A DNA stretch of 49,776 nt from NCBI GenBank assembly GCA_017463815.1, contig JAFTOK010000169.1:1-49776 (forward strand). The letters run 5' to 3'. The position numbers and the translations under genes are program-made. This DNA comes from Clostridia bacterium (GTDB taxonomy: Bacteria; Bacillota; Clostridia; Oscillospirales; CAG-272). Below are positions 8,446-16,988 of this stretch, piece by piece. The notes under the pieces were generated by a model. That model saw only the letters and a list, made by a program, of their open reading frames with translations. It was not told the origin of the DNA and ran no database searches. Position 1 is the stretch's first letter. Each line of letters opens with the position of its first letter.

Positions 8446-8492
8446 ACACCTCATCAGTCCCTTACGGGACAGCTTCCCCTCAAGGGGAAGCC
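8446..8492. repeat. Solo alpha arm of the nested-hairpin repeat family, in reverse orientation
   Basis: The reverse complement is GGCTTCCCC-TTG-AGGGGAAG CTG TCCC-GTAA-GGGA CTGATGAGGTGT. It differs at only 4 positions from the arm at 39687-39733. Two of those positions form a compensatory pair in hairpin 2. Confidence 0.7.
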
Positions 8493-8554
8493 TTGGCAGC
8501 AAGCAATAACCCCTATTTTTTACCCCATACTGCTCAAAATATCGCATTTTTGTA

Positions 8555-8583
8555 TTGAAAAATCCCTTCATATATTGTATAAT
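8555..8583 (+). promoter_or_regulatory. Sigma-A-type promoter for asnS
   Basis: It reads TTGAAA, a 17-nt spacer (aatcccttcatatattg), then TATAAT. Confidence 0.55.
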
Positions 8584-8647
8584 ATTTTATTATATTATAT
8601 ATTTTCGCGTTTCCGCGAGAAAAATTAACAAAGGAAGATATTTTACT

Positions 8648-10042
8648 ATGAAAAGAACAACAGTAAAAGAGATTTTTGCGTGCCCCGAGGCTTTCGCAGA
8701 TAAAGAAATTACCGTTGCGGGCTGGGCAAAAACGATCCGCTCCAGCAACGTTTTCGGCTTTATCGAGCTCAACGACGGTAGCACGTTTTCCCGTATCCAG
8801 GTAGTTATCGAAGCAGACAAGCTTGCAAACTATACAGAAATCGCAAAACAGAACGTAGGCGCGGCTCTTATCGTTCGCGGCACGCTCGTGCTCACACCCG
8901 AAGCTAAACAGCCCTTTGAAATCAAAGCGGCAGAGGTTACTGTGGAAGGCGCTTCCACACCCGACTTCCCTATGCAGAAGAAGAAAACCTCTCTTGAATT
9001 TTTGCGTACAATCCCCCACCTCCGCCCCAGAGCGAACATTTACACGGCTGTGTTCCGCGTTCGTTCCGAAGCGGCTTACGCTATTCACAACTTCTTCCAC
9101 GAGCGCGGCTTCCTCTATGCGCACACACCTCTCATCACTACAAGCGACTGCGAGGGCGCGGGCGAAATGTTCCACGTAACGAGCCTTGACCTCGAAAACC
9201 TCCCCAAAACAGAAGACGGAGCTGTGGACTACACGAAGGACTTCTTCGGCAAGCACACAAGCCTTACCGTTTCAGGTCAGCTCCACGCAGAATGCTATGC
9301 GCAGGCTTTCGCAAACGTATACACGTTCGGACCCACTTTCCGCGCAGAGCGCTCCTATACACAGCGCCACGCGGCTGAATTCTGGATGATAGAGCCCGAA
9401 ATCGCATTCTCCGACCTCGAAGACGATATGGAGCTTGCAGAGGCTATGACGAAATACGTCATCAACCACCTCCTCGTTTCCTGCAAGCCCGAGCTTGAAT
9501 TCTTCAACAAATTCGTGGATAACACTGTCCTCGAAAGACTCAACAATATTGTCACAAACGACTTCGCTCGCGTAGAATATACAGAGGCGATTAAGCTTCT
9601 CGAAGAAAGCGGCGAAAAGTTCGATTTCAAACCCTACTGGGGCTGCGACCTCCAGACAGAGCACGAAAGATACCTCTGCGAAAAGGTATTCAAAAAACCT
9701 GTGTTCGTTATCAACTACCCCAGAGAAATCAAGGCGTTCTATATGCGTCTTAATGATGACGGCAAAACTGTTGCCGCAATGGATATGCTCGTGCCCGGCG
9801 TAGGCGAGCTTATCGGCGGTTCCCAGCGTGAGGAAAGAATAGATTACCTCACAGCCGCATACAAAAACTTCGGCATCGCAGAAGAAGACTATTGGTGGTA
9901 CACAGAGCTCCGCAAATACGGCGGCACACACCACGCGGGCTTCGGCCTCGGCTTCGAGCGCCTCATTATGTACGTAACGGGCGTTTCCAACATCCGCGAC
10001 GTAGAGCTTTTCCCCAGAACAACAGGTAACGCAGACATTTAA
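8648..10042 (+). CDS. asnS: Asparagine--tRNA ligase
   Basis: The internal ATG follows [18 protein letters not shown]...[25 protein letters not shown] forms the OB-fold anticodon domain. The class IIb motifs FRAE...GGSQREER...GFGLGFERL are present. Confidence 0.92.
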   Translation: MKRTTVKEIFACPEAFADKEITVAGWAKTIRSSNVFGFIELNDGSTFSRIQVVIEADKLANYTEIAKQNVGAALIVRGTLVLTPEAKQPFEIKAAEVTVEGASTPDFPMQKKKTSLEFLRTIPHLRPRANIYTAVFRVRSEAAYAIHNFFHERGFLYAHTPLITTSDCEGAGEMFHVTSLDLENLPKTEDGAVDYTKDFFGKHTSLTVSGQLHAECYAQAFANVYTFGPTFRAERSYTQRHAAEFWMIEPEIAFSDLEDDMELAEAMTKYVINHLLVSCKPELEFFNKFVDNTVLERLNNIVTNDFARVEYTEAIKLLEESGEKFDFKPYWGCDLQTEHERYLCEKVFKKPVFVINYPREIKAFYMRLNDDGKTVAAMDMLVPGVGELIGGSQREERIDYLTAAYKNFGIAEEDYWWYTELRKYGGTHHAGFGLGFERLIMYVTGVSNIRDVELFPRTTGNADI

Positions 10043-10081
10043 CCTAATCTTATCCCCATTTCCAAGGAGCAACAAACACCT

Positions 10082-11383
10082 ATGAACAAACCCATTTCCC
10101 AGATGACACGAGAGGAGCTTGCTTTTGAATACAGCGAGCTTCTCGCAGAATATGAACAAGTAAAAGCAGAGGCGCTTTCGCTCGATATGTCGCGCGGCAA
10201 GCCCAGCACGGAACAGCTCGACCTTTCCGACGGCATTCTCACCGTACTCAAAACGGGCGATGATTGCCTTAACTCCTACGGCACAGATATGCGTAACTAC
10301 GGTATGCCCATAGGCGTGCCTGCGGCGCGAGGGCTCTTTGCCGAGCTTTGCGGCGTGGAATTCGACAACGTCTTCCTCGGCGGCAACGCAAGCCTGGAGC
10401 TTATGTTTGACGCGGTTGCACGTGCAGAGCTTTTCGGCGTTTTGCCGGGTATGACACCCTGGTGCAAGCTCGATAAGGTAAAATTCCTCTGCCCCGCCCC
10501 CGGTTACGACCGCCACTTCCGCATTTGCGAAACCTTCGGCATAGAGATGATAAACATCGAAATGCGCGAGGACGGCCCCGATATGGATACCATCGAAAAG
10601 CTCGTTGCGGAAGATGAAAGCATAAAGGGCATTTGGTGCGTTCCGAAGCACTCTAACCCCACGGGCACTATCTACAGCGACGAGGTTGTGCGCCGTTTTG
10701 CCGCGCTCAAACCCGCCGCCAAAGATTTCCGCGTATTCTGGGATAACGCATATATGGTGCACGACCTTTACGACGACGTGCCCGACATTCTCAACATTTT
10801 CGACCTCACGCAGGGCACGGAAAACGAAGACCTTGTGTATATGTTCACGTCAACTTCCAAAATCACGTATGCGGGCAGCGGCATTTCCGCATTCATCACG
10901 AGCGACCGCAATATGGAGCACGCGCTGAAGTACATCGGCACGCAGATTATCTCCTACGACAAGCTCAACCAGTTCCGCCACGCTATATTCTTCAAGGATG
11001 CAGACGGCATACGCGCGCATATGAAAAAGCACGCAGAAATTCTCCGCCCCCGCTTCGAGGCTGTTATAAGCGCTTTTGAACGCGAGCTTGAAGGCAGAGA
11101 TATGGCAACGTGGACAAAACCCACGGGCGGCTACTTCATAAGCCTCGATATGAAATGCGGCAGCGCAAAACGCGTTTACGAGCTTTGCCTCGCCGCAGGT
11201 ATGAAGCTTACGGAAGCGGGCGCAACCTTCCCCTACGGCAAGGACCCGAAGGATTCCAACCTTCGCATTGCTCCTTCCTATCCCCCTTTGCGCGAGCTCC
11301 GCAAGGCGGCACAGGTGCTTTGCCTTTGCGTAAAACTCGCTTCCGTGGAAAAAGCGCTTACAAACGCACTTTCCGCGCTCTGA
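10082..11383 (+). CDS. PLP-dependent aminotransferase, probably an aspartate aminotransferase of the PF12897 type
   Basis: LDMSRGKPSTEQLDLS..., ...NPTG... and ...STSKITYAGSGI... (Lys for the PLP Schiff base) match the class I/II fold. Confidence 0.7.
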   Translation: MNKPISQMTREELAFEYSELLAEYEQVKAEALSLDMSRGKPSTEQLDLSDGILTVLKTGDDCLNSYGTDMRNYGMPIGVPAARGLFAELCGVEFDNVFLGGNASLELMFDAVARAELFGVLPGMTPWCKLDKVKFLCPAPGYDRHFRICETFGIEMINIEMREDGPDMDTIEKLVAEDESIKGIWCVPKHSNPTGTIYSDEVVRRFAALKPAAKDFRVFWDNAYMVHDLYDDVPDILNIFDLTQGTENEDLVYMFTSTSKITYAGSGISAFITSDRNMEHALKYIGTQIISYDKLNQFRHAIFFKDADGIRAHMKKHAEILRPRFEAVISAFERELEGRDMATWTKPTGGYFISLDMKCGSAKRVYELCLAAGMKLTEAGATFPYGKDPKDSNLRIAPSYPPLRELRKAAQVLCLCVKLASVEKALTNALSAL

Positions 11384-11425
11384 TTTAACGTAAATCAACA
11401 TCCGTACAAAGAAAGGGACGTAACA

Positions 11426-12850
11426 ATGGACAGAACAAAATACGAAAGTGCGTTCTCGGGCAGATATGCAAGCCGCGAAATGCAATACCTTTTTTCGCAG
11501 GATATGAAGTTCACCACTTGGCGCGGGCTTTGGATTTCCCTTGCAAAAGCGGAAAAGGCGCTCGGGCTTAATATTACAGACGAGCAGATTGCAGAGCTTG
11601 AAGCGCACAGAAGCGACGTCAACTATGAAGTTGCTGAAGAATATGAGAAAAAGCTCCGCCACGACGTTATGTCCCACGTTCACGCATACGGTGACCAGTG
11701 CCCCAAGGCACGCGGTATTATCCACCTCGGCGCCACGTCCTGCTACGTTGGCGACAACACGGATATGATTATAAACAAAAAAGCGCTCGGGCTCGTTCGC
11801 GAAAAGCTAACCGCAGTGCTCGCGAACCTGCGCGAATTTGCGCTTAAACACAAGGCGCTCCCCTGCCTTGCCTACACACATCTCCAGCCCGCGCAGCTCA
11901 CCACGGTGGGCAAGCGCGCCACGCTTTGGATGTACGACCTCTACCTCGACCTTTGCGAGCTCGATTTTGTAATCGACTCCCTTGCGCTCCTCGGCCAAAA
12001 AGGCACCACGGGCACGCAGGCGAGCTTTATGGAGCTTTTCGACGGCGACGAGGCAAAAATCAAAGAACTTGAAGCGCGCATCGCGGCAGACTTCGGCTTT
12101 GCGAAGGTCGTTCCCGTTTCGGGGCAGACGTACACGAGAAAGTTCGATTCCCGCATAATAAACGTGCTGGCAAGCATAGCGCAGAGCGCGGCGAAATTCG
12201 CCACGGATATGCGCCTGCTCCAATCCTTCAAGGAAATGGAAGAACCCTTTGAAAAGAACCAAATCGGGTCCTCCGCTATGCCGTATAAACGCAACCCTAT
12301 GCGTTGCGAACGCATTTGTGCGCTCTCCCGCTACGTCGTTGCGGATATGCTGAACCCCGCGATGACATCGTCCACACAGTGGCTTGAACGCACGCTCGAT
12401 GACAGCGCAAACAGACGAATTGCCATAAGCGAAGCATTCCTCGCAGTAGATGCAATTTTGGGTGTCTACCTCAACGTAAGCTCCGATATAGTGGTTTACC
12501 CCAAGGTAATAGAAGCGCGCGTTATGGCAGAGCTCCCCTTCATCGCTTCGGAAAACATTATGATGGACCTCGTACGCCGCGGCGGCGACAGGCAGGAAAT
12601 ACACGAGAAAATCCGTGTTCATTCCATTGCCGCGGGCAAGCAGGTCAAAGAAATGGGCGAAAAGAACGATATGCTCGAACGCATAGCCGCAGACCCCTCC
12701 TTTAATATAACGATGGAAGAGCTCAAGGATATTCTCATTCCCTCGCTTTACACGGGCAGAAGCGAACATCAGGTAGAAGAATTTATCGCGGAATATATAG
12801 ATTCCGCGATTGGCGAAAAAACAAAAAGCTCCGTAGAGCTTTCGGTTTAA
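11426..12850 (+). CDS. purB: Adenylosuccinate lyase
   Basis: It has SGRYASREMQYLFS..., ...HLGATSCYVGDNTD... and the fumarate-lyase signature GSSAMPYKRNP. Confidence 0.92.
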   Translation: MDRTKYESAFSGRYASREMQYLFSQDMKFTTWRGLWISLAKAEKALGLNITDEQIAELEAHRSDVNYEVAEEYEKKLRHDVMSHVHAYGDQCPKARGIIHLGATSCYVGDNTDMIINKKALGLVREKLTAVLANLREFALKHKALPCLAYTHLQPAQLTTVGKRATLWMYDLYLDLCELDFVIDSLALLGQKGTTGTQASFMELFDGDEAKIKELEARIAADFGFAKVVPVSGQTYTRKFDSRIINVLASIAQSAAKFATDMRLLQSFKEMEEPFEKNQIGSSAMPYKRNPMRCERICALSRYVVADMLNPAMTSSTQWLERTLDDSANRRIAISEAFLAVDAILGVYLNVSSDIVVYPKVIEARVMAELPFIASENIMMDLVRRGGDRQEIHEKIRVHSIAAGKQVKEMGEKNDMLERIAADPSFNITMEELKDILIPSLYTGRSEHQVEEFIAEYIDSAIGEKTKSSVELSV

Positions 12851-13020
12851 CTCAAACTTGCTTTGAAAGCGCTTCGCTCCTTTGCAGCACCGCAATATTC
12901 AGTTAGAGAGCCTTGCTCCGGCTTTGCTTATCGTTTCCACGCGTCGAGCCGCTTACGTAATTTTCAATGGCTTCTCGCAGCGCTATTCGCACAAAATGAA
13001 TCAGCGCGCACCCAGCCGAT

Positions 13021-13049
13021 AAATCCTGCAAGGATTTTTGCTTCTTTTT
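13021..13049 (+). terminator. Probable purB terminator, the first of three consecutive hairpins
   Basis: AAATCC-TGCA-AGGATTT is followed by TTTGCTTCTTTTT. Confidence 0.45.
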
Positions 13050-13127
13050 GCAACTTTTTCTTTCAAAAAGAAAAAGTTGAGATAATTTAAAGAAAGCGTA
13101 CGCTTTCTTTTCCATTCAGGAGTTTCT

Positions 13128-14156
13128 ATGAAAATAGCAGTTTTGGCGGGAGGGCTTTCGCCGGAGCGCGAGGTTTCGCTTTCCTCCGGTTCGCTTATAG
13201 CAAACGCCCTCTGCGCGTGCGGGCACGAAGTAGCCCTTGCCGACGTTTATCTCGGCACAGGCGGCAAAACGCCCGAAGAACTTTTTAATAAAAACGGGAA
13301 CTATTCACACACTATTCCCGAAAACCCGCCCGACCTCGATGCCCTGCGCGCACAGGCAGGCATAGGCGAGCGCCTTATCGGCCACGGTATAGCCGCGCTT
13401 GTACACGCGGCAGACGTCGTCTTCCTCGCTATGCACGGCGGTATGGGCGAAAACGGTCAGCTCCAAGCATACCTCGATTGCCTCGGCATAAAATACACGG
13501 GCAGCGGTTTTGCCGCTTGCCTCGCCGCAATGGATAAAAACCTTTCCAAGGTCATTTTCCGCGCGGCAGGTGTGCCCACGGCAGATTGGCTCTATTTAAC
13601 GGTAGACGAAGCCGCGGCAAAAAAAGACGAAATACGCTTTCCTTGCGTTATAAAACCCTGCTCCTGCGGCTCCAGCGTAGGCGTCACGATGGTGGACACG
13701 GCAGAAGACCTAGAAAACGCACTCGAAGCGGCGAAAAAATATGAAAATCATATAATTATAGAAGAAAAGCTTCACGGGCGCGAATTTTCCGTTGGCGTAT
13801 TGGACGGCAAAGCCTTGCCCGCGATTGAAATACGCCCGAAAGGCGAAGGCTTCTATGATTTCACGAAGAAATATCAGCAAGGGCTTACAGAGGAAATCTG
13901 CCCCGCGCCGCTCACACAAGAAGAAGCCGAGCGCCTTGCTTTCCTCGCCGTAAAAGCGCACAAAGCGCTCGGCCTTGGCGATTACAGCCGAATAGACTTC
14001 ATTCTCGACGAAGAAAAAGGCGATTTCTATTGCCTGGAAGCAAACACTTTGCCGGGTATGACACCTATGAGCCTTCTCCCGCAGGAGGCGGCGGCGGCAG
14101 GCATTTCCTACGGCGAGCTCTGCGACAAAATCGCAAAAACAGCATACAAAAAATAA
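13128..14156 (+). CDS. ddl: D-alanine--D-alanine ligase
   Basis: MKIAVLAGGLSPEREVSLSSG..., ...HGGMGENGQLQ... and the ATP-grasp C-terminus ...LEANTLPGMTPMSL are all present. Confidence 0.92.
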   Translation: MKIAVLAGGLSPEREVSLSSGSLIANALCACGHEVALADVYLGTGGKTPEELFNKNGNYSHTIPENPPDLDALRAQAGIGERLIGHGIAALVHAADVVFLAMHGGMGENGQLQAYLDCLGIKYTGSGFAACLAAMDKNLSKVIFRAAGVPTADWLYLTVDEAAAKKDEIRFPCVIKPCSCGSSVGVTMVDTAEDLENALEAAKKYENHIIIEEKLHGREFSVGVLDGKALPAIEIRPKGEGFYDFTKKYQQGLTEEICPAPLTQEEAERLAFLAVKAHKALGLGDYSRIDFILDEEKGDFYCLEANTLPGMTPMSLLPQEAAAAGISYGELCDKIAKTAYKK

Positions 14157-14219
14157 ATCGTTCAAAAATTCTGCACTTTGCATTTTGCATTCTGCACTTA
14201 TTTCAGAGAGGTGTTTAAA

Positions 14220-15050
14220 GTGAAAGTTATCATTGGTATTGACGTTGGCGGAAGCACCACCAAAATCGTAGGTTTCCGCGGGGAAAAGGTTCTCGGCTCT
14301 ACGTTCGTTCACGCCGCAGACCCAATAACATCGCTCTACGGCGCGTTCGGTAAATTTACGGTGGAACACGGCATTGCTCTCGGCGATATAGAAAAGGTTA
14401 TCGTAACGGGCGCGGGCTCTTCCTATGTGAAAGACCCTATCTATGGGCTCCCCTGCGTGCACGAATCTGAATTTTCATGCGTCGGCAAAGGCGGGCTCTA
14501 CCTTTCGGGCCTTTCCGAAGCTATTGTGGTAAGTATGGGCACGGGCACGGCGCTCGTTCACGCAAAAAAAGAAGGCAATCGCATAACCACAAACTACCTC
14601 GGAGGTACGGGCGTGGGCGGCGGTACGCTTTTGGGTCTTTCCAAAAAGCTCATCGGTATAGAAACCATAGACCACATCGTGGAAGTGGCAAAAGAGGGCA
14701 ACCTCGACAACATCGACCTGCGCATTTCCGACATTATCAAAAAAACGGCGCGCAACGTGCCTCTGCCCAACGATATGACGGCGGCAAACTTCGGCAAGGT
14801 TTCAGACATTGCCTCCAAAGGCGACCTCGCGCTCGGCGTTATCAATATGGTGTTTGAAACTATCGGTATGATAGGCTACTTTGCCACAAAGAGCGTAGGC
14901 ACGAAAGACCTCGTGCTCACGGGCAATATGACAAACCTGCCCCAGGCAAGAGAAATTTTTGCAAACCTCAACACACTTTTCGACGTAAACTTCATCATTC
15001 CCGAAAACGCAGTTTTCGCTACCGCACACGGCGCGGCACTTTCAAGATAA
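14220..15050 (+). CDS. coaW: Type II pantothenate kinase
   Basis: The GTG start follows AGAGAGGTG. (M)KVIIGIDVGGSTTKIV..., ...VSMGTGTA... and ...YLGGTGVGGGTLLGL are the actin-fold motifs of Staphylococcus-type CoaW. Confidence 0.8.
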   Translation: MKVIIGIDVGGSTTKIVGFRGEKVLGSTFVHAADPITSLYGAFGKFTVEHGIALGDIEKVIVTGAGSSYVKDPIYGLPCVHESEFSCVGKGGLYLSGLSEAIVVSMGTGTALVHAKKEGNRITTNYLGGTGVGGGTLLGLSKKLIGIETIDHIVEVAKEGNLDNIDLRISDIIKKTARNVPLPNDMTAANFGKVSDIASKGDLALGVINMVFETIGMIGYFATKSVGTKDLVLTGNMTNLPQAREIFANLNTLFDVNFIIPENAVFATAHGAALSR

Positions 15051-15051
15051 A

Positions 15052-15498
15052 ATGAACGCGAAACTTCCAAAATTCGTTTTTTATTTTCTCACGTTCACGT
15101 GGGGCTTGCCGTTCACACTTCTCGGGCTTTTCGCCGCACTTTTCCTGCGCCTTAGCGGATACAAGCCGAAAAAGCACGGCTACTGCTTCTATTTTGAAGT
15201 GGGTGAACATTGGGGCGGCATAAACCTCGGCTTATTCTTCATCGTGGATAAGCACAACAACAAAGCCATACGCAACCACGAGCACGGCCACGCCGTACAG
15301 AACTGCTACCTCGGGCCGTTTATGCTCTTTGCCGTGGCACTTCCCTCGCTTATACGCTCGCGTTACCGCGCATACCTTATGGAGAAAAAGGGCGTGAGCG
15401 CCAAAACGCTCCCACCATACGACAGCGCGTGGTTTGAGGGGCAGGCGACCCAGCTCGGGAACGAGATTGTGACGTATATAGAAGGCAAAAATGCTTAA
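15052..15498 (+). CDS. Small membrane protein with an HExxH motif
   Basis: The ATG lies 1 nt after the coaW stop. It has hydrophobic segments plus NHEHGHAVQN, which fits HExxH. Confidence 0.6.
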   Translation: MNAKLPKFVFYFLTFTWGLPFTLLGLFAALFLRLSGYKPKKHGYCFYFEVGEHWGGINLGLFFIVDKHNNKAIRNHEHGHAVQNCYLGPFMLFAVALPSLIRSRYRAYLMEKKGVSAKTLPPYDSAWFEGQATQLGNEIVTYIEGKNA

Positions 15499-15500
15499 CA

Positions 15501-15535
15501 AAAAGTCCCTTTCCTGCACGGGAAAGGGACTTTTT
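15501..15535 (+). terminator. Rho-independent terminator
   Basis: GTCCCTTTCC (15505-15514) pairs with GGAAAGGGAC (15521-15530), followed by TTTTT. Confidence 0.75.
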
Positions 15536-15640
15536 AACAGAAAATTCACACTTTATTTTTGGAAAAGTGTAGATTACAAAAAAAATTTTAATATATAATA
15601 TACTTGTTATATTTTTTTATTTTAGAAGGAGGTATGTATT

Positions 15641-16627
15641 ATGCCAGGACCAGGTGGTGGTGGACACGGCGGCGGCGGTCATCGCGGAGGTGGCGGTCAT
15701 CGCGGAGGTGGCGGTCACGGCGGCTTCGGTGGAGGACCGGGTGGTGGCGGACCGAGAGGCTTCGGTGGAGGACCGGGCGGCTTCGGCGGCGGCCCTCGCG
15801 GTTTCGGAGGAGGCCCGCACGGACCTCACGGACCTCACGGACCCCACGGAGGTTGGGGCTGGAGGCGCAGACCTCGCCATTACGGCGGCGGTGGTTGCCT
15901 CGGCTTTATGTTGATGCCCATTATCTTAATCGTATTTGTGGTAGTTATTGCGGCTTCCTCGCTCGGCAGCGCGTTCACTGCCGTTTCAAGCGGCGGTGAA
16001 GTTGCGTACAATGAAACCGCGTTCGGCGATTACGCAAACGATCAGTACGCTGTGGAATTTTCAGATTCCACAGCGTACGAGGATAACCTTATGCTCGTTT
16101 TCCTCGTAGAAGATGACGAATATTACGATTACTACTACATTTCGTGGAAAGGCGACCACATAAACGAAGATATAGTCGAGCTTTTCGGCAACGAATACAC
16201 GGCGTATGGCAAGGCAATCAATTCCAAGGTGAACTCTTCCTCTTATAAATACTCGCTCGATTCCGACCTTGCAAGCGTTATAAACGCTATGGGCGAAAAA
16301 GTAGCATCGCTCGAGCTAACAACCTCGTTCACCTGCAACGAAGAGCACGTTGGCACAAAAAAATCTCACCTTGTGAACAATACAAGCCTGCCGCTCACGG
16401 AAAGCACCGTAAACGCGGCTCTCGAAAAATTCACAGAGGACACGGGCATTCCCGTTGTTTTGGTCGTAGAGGATATCGATGATGTTTTCGAGCGTACGAT
16501 GCCCGTCGGCGCGATTTTCACCATTATTTTGCTTATCGCCATTGTCGCTCTCGCGATTTACCTCATAGTTCGCTCTGTAAAAAAGCGCAAACAGTACGGC
16601 GAAAATGACAATCAGTATTATAACTAA
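15641..16627 (+). CDS. Bitopic or two-TM membrane protein with an N-terminal Gly/His/Pro/Arg low-complexity repeat region
   Basis: The RBS is AAGGAGG. The N-terminus is MPGPGGGGHGGGGHRGGGGHRGGGGHGGFGGGPGGGGPRGFGGGPGGFGGGPRGFGGGPHGPHGPHGPHGGWGW. This is followed by a TM segment, a roughly 190-aa acidic Tyr-rich domain, a second TM segment and a basic tail. Confidence 0.75.
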   Translation: MPGPGGGGHGGGGHRGGGGHRGGGGHGGFGGGPGGGGPRGFGGGPGGFGGGPRGFGGGPHGPHGPHGPHGGWGWRRRPRHYGGGGCLGFMLMPIILIVFVVVIAASSLGSAFTAVSSGGEVAYNETAFGDYANDQYAVEFSDSTAYEDNLMLVFLVEDDEYYDYYYISWKGDHINEDIVELFGNEYTAYGKAINSKVNSSSYKYSLDSDLASVINAMGEKVASLELTTSFTCNEEHVGTKKSHLVNNTSLPLTESTVNAALEKFTEDTGIPVVLVVEDIDDVFERTMPVGAIFTIILLIAIVALAIYLIVRSVKKRKQYGENDNQYYN

Positions 16628-16637
16628 ACGATAAATC

Positions 16638-16664
16638 AAAAAACTCGGCTTTTGCCGAGTTTTT
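16638..16664 (+). terminator. Rho-independent terminator
   Basis: AAAAACTCGGC-TTTT-GCCGAGTTTTT. Confidence 0.75.
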
Positions 16665-16670
16665 CTTAAT

Positions 16671-16759
16671 AACATAGGAAATTGCGCGCAGTTCGTGCGC
16701 AATTTTGCTTCTTCAAACAAAGTTTTCCTTATGCAAAAACGCCCGAAAATCGGGCGTTT
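16671..16759. repeat. Copy A of a roughly 90-nt structured intergenic module (see also 27331-27417)
   Basis: AACATAGGAAATTGCGCGC...GCGCAATT...AGTTTTCCTTATGCAAAAACGCCCGAAAATCGGGCGTTT aligns along its whole length with 27331-27417. Confidence 0.65.
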
Positions 16760-16783
16760 CAGACTGTCGAAAAAGTGATTTAA

Positions 16784-16919
16784 GCCTCTCACTCTGGGAG
16801 AGGTGGCACTGTCAGGTGACGGAGAGGGCTATGATAAAAACCTAAAATTGCATCAAAAGTTTATATTTTTGATGTTTGCCCTCTCACCGCTGCGCGGAGC
16901 TCCCCCATAGGGGGGAGCC
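16784..16919. repeat. Nested-hairpin inverted-repeat element, short copy with an alpha arm on the left and a beta arm on the right
   Basis: The left arm is CCTCTC-ACTCT-GGGAGAGG TGGCA..TGAC GGAGAGGGC. The AT-rich core contains the CATCAAAA..TTTTGATG hairpin. The right arm is GCCCTCTC A CCGC-TGC-GCGG AG CTCCCCC-ATAG-GGGGGAG. Confidence 0.65.
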
Positions 16920-16988
16920 GAAAGTTAGTTTATCGACACGCTAAAACGCCCGAAAATCGGGCGTTTTTTAGTTTAAGAAGTCAACTTT

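Noticed and set aside
8300-8647. A possible T-box or other leader upstream of asnS.
   Set aside because: I could find no T-box consensus (AGGGTGGTACCGCG-like) and no specifier-loop architecture. The region is explained by a solo repeat arm plus a TTGAAA-17-TATAAT promoter about 65 nt upstream of the start.
9272-10762. A 496-aa ORF on the minus strand. Similar long antisense ORFs include 27421..29022 (+), 36855..38132 (+), 17139..18449 (+), 10850..11725 (-), 11807..12895 (-), 42496..43515 (+), 34358..35413 (+), 38780..39808 (+), 35806..36789 (+) and 5813..6658 (+).
   Set aside because: Each lies antisense to a gene with an unmistakable family signature (asnS, the aminotransferase, the capD-like gene, rhaA, the flavoprotein, purB, mutS2, prs, rhaB, the aldolase, tkt). 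Their translations are low-complexity and rich in F/R/V/A/C/H, and they lack ribosome-binding sites. They are shadow ORFs produced by codon bias on the opposite strand.
15650-15850. Short perfect tandem repeats that could be mistaken for a mini CRISPR or VNTR locus.
   Set aside because: The repeats are contiguous with no spacers, are in frame, and encode the Gly/His/Pro region of a CDS with a strong RBS. I saw no CRISPR-like repeat-spacer architecture anywhere in the window.
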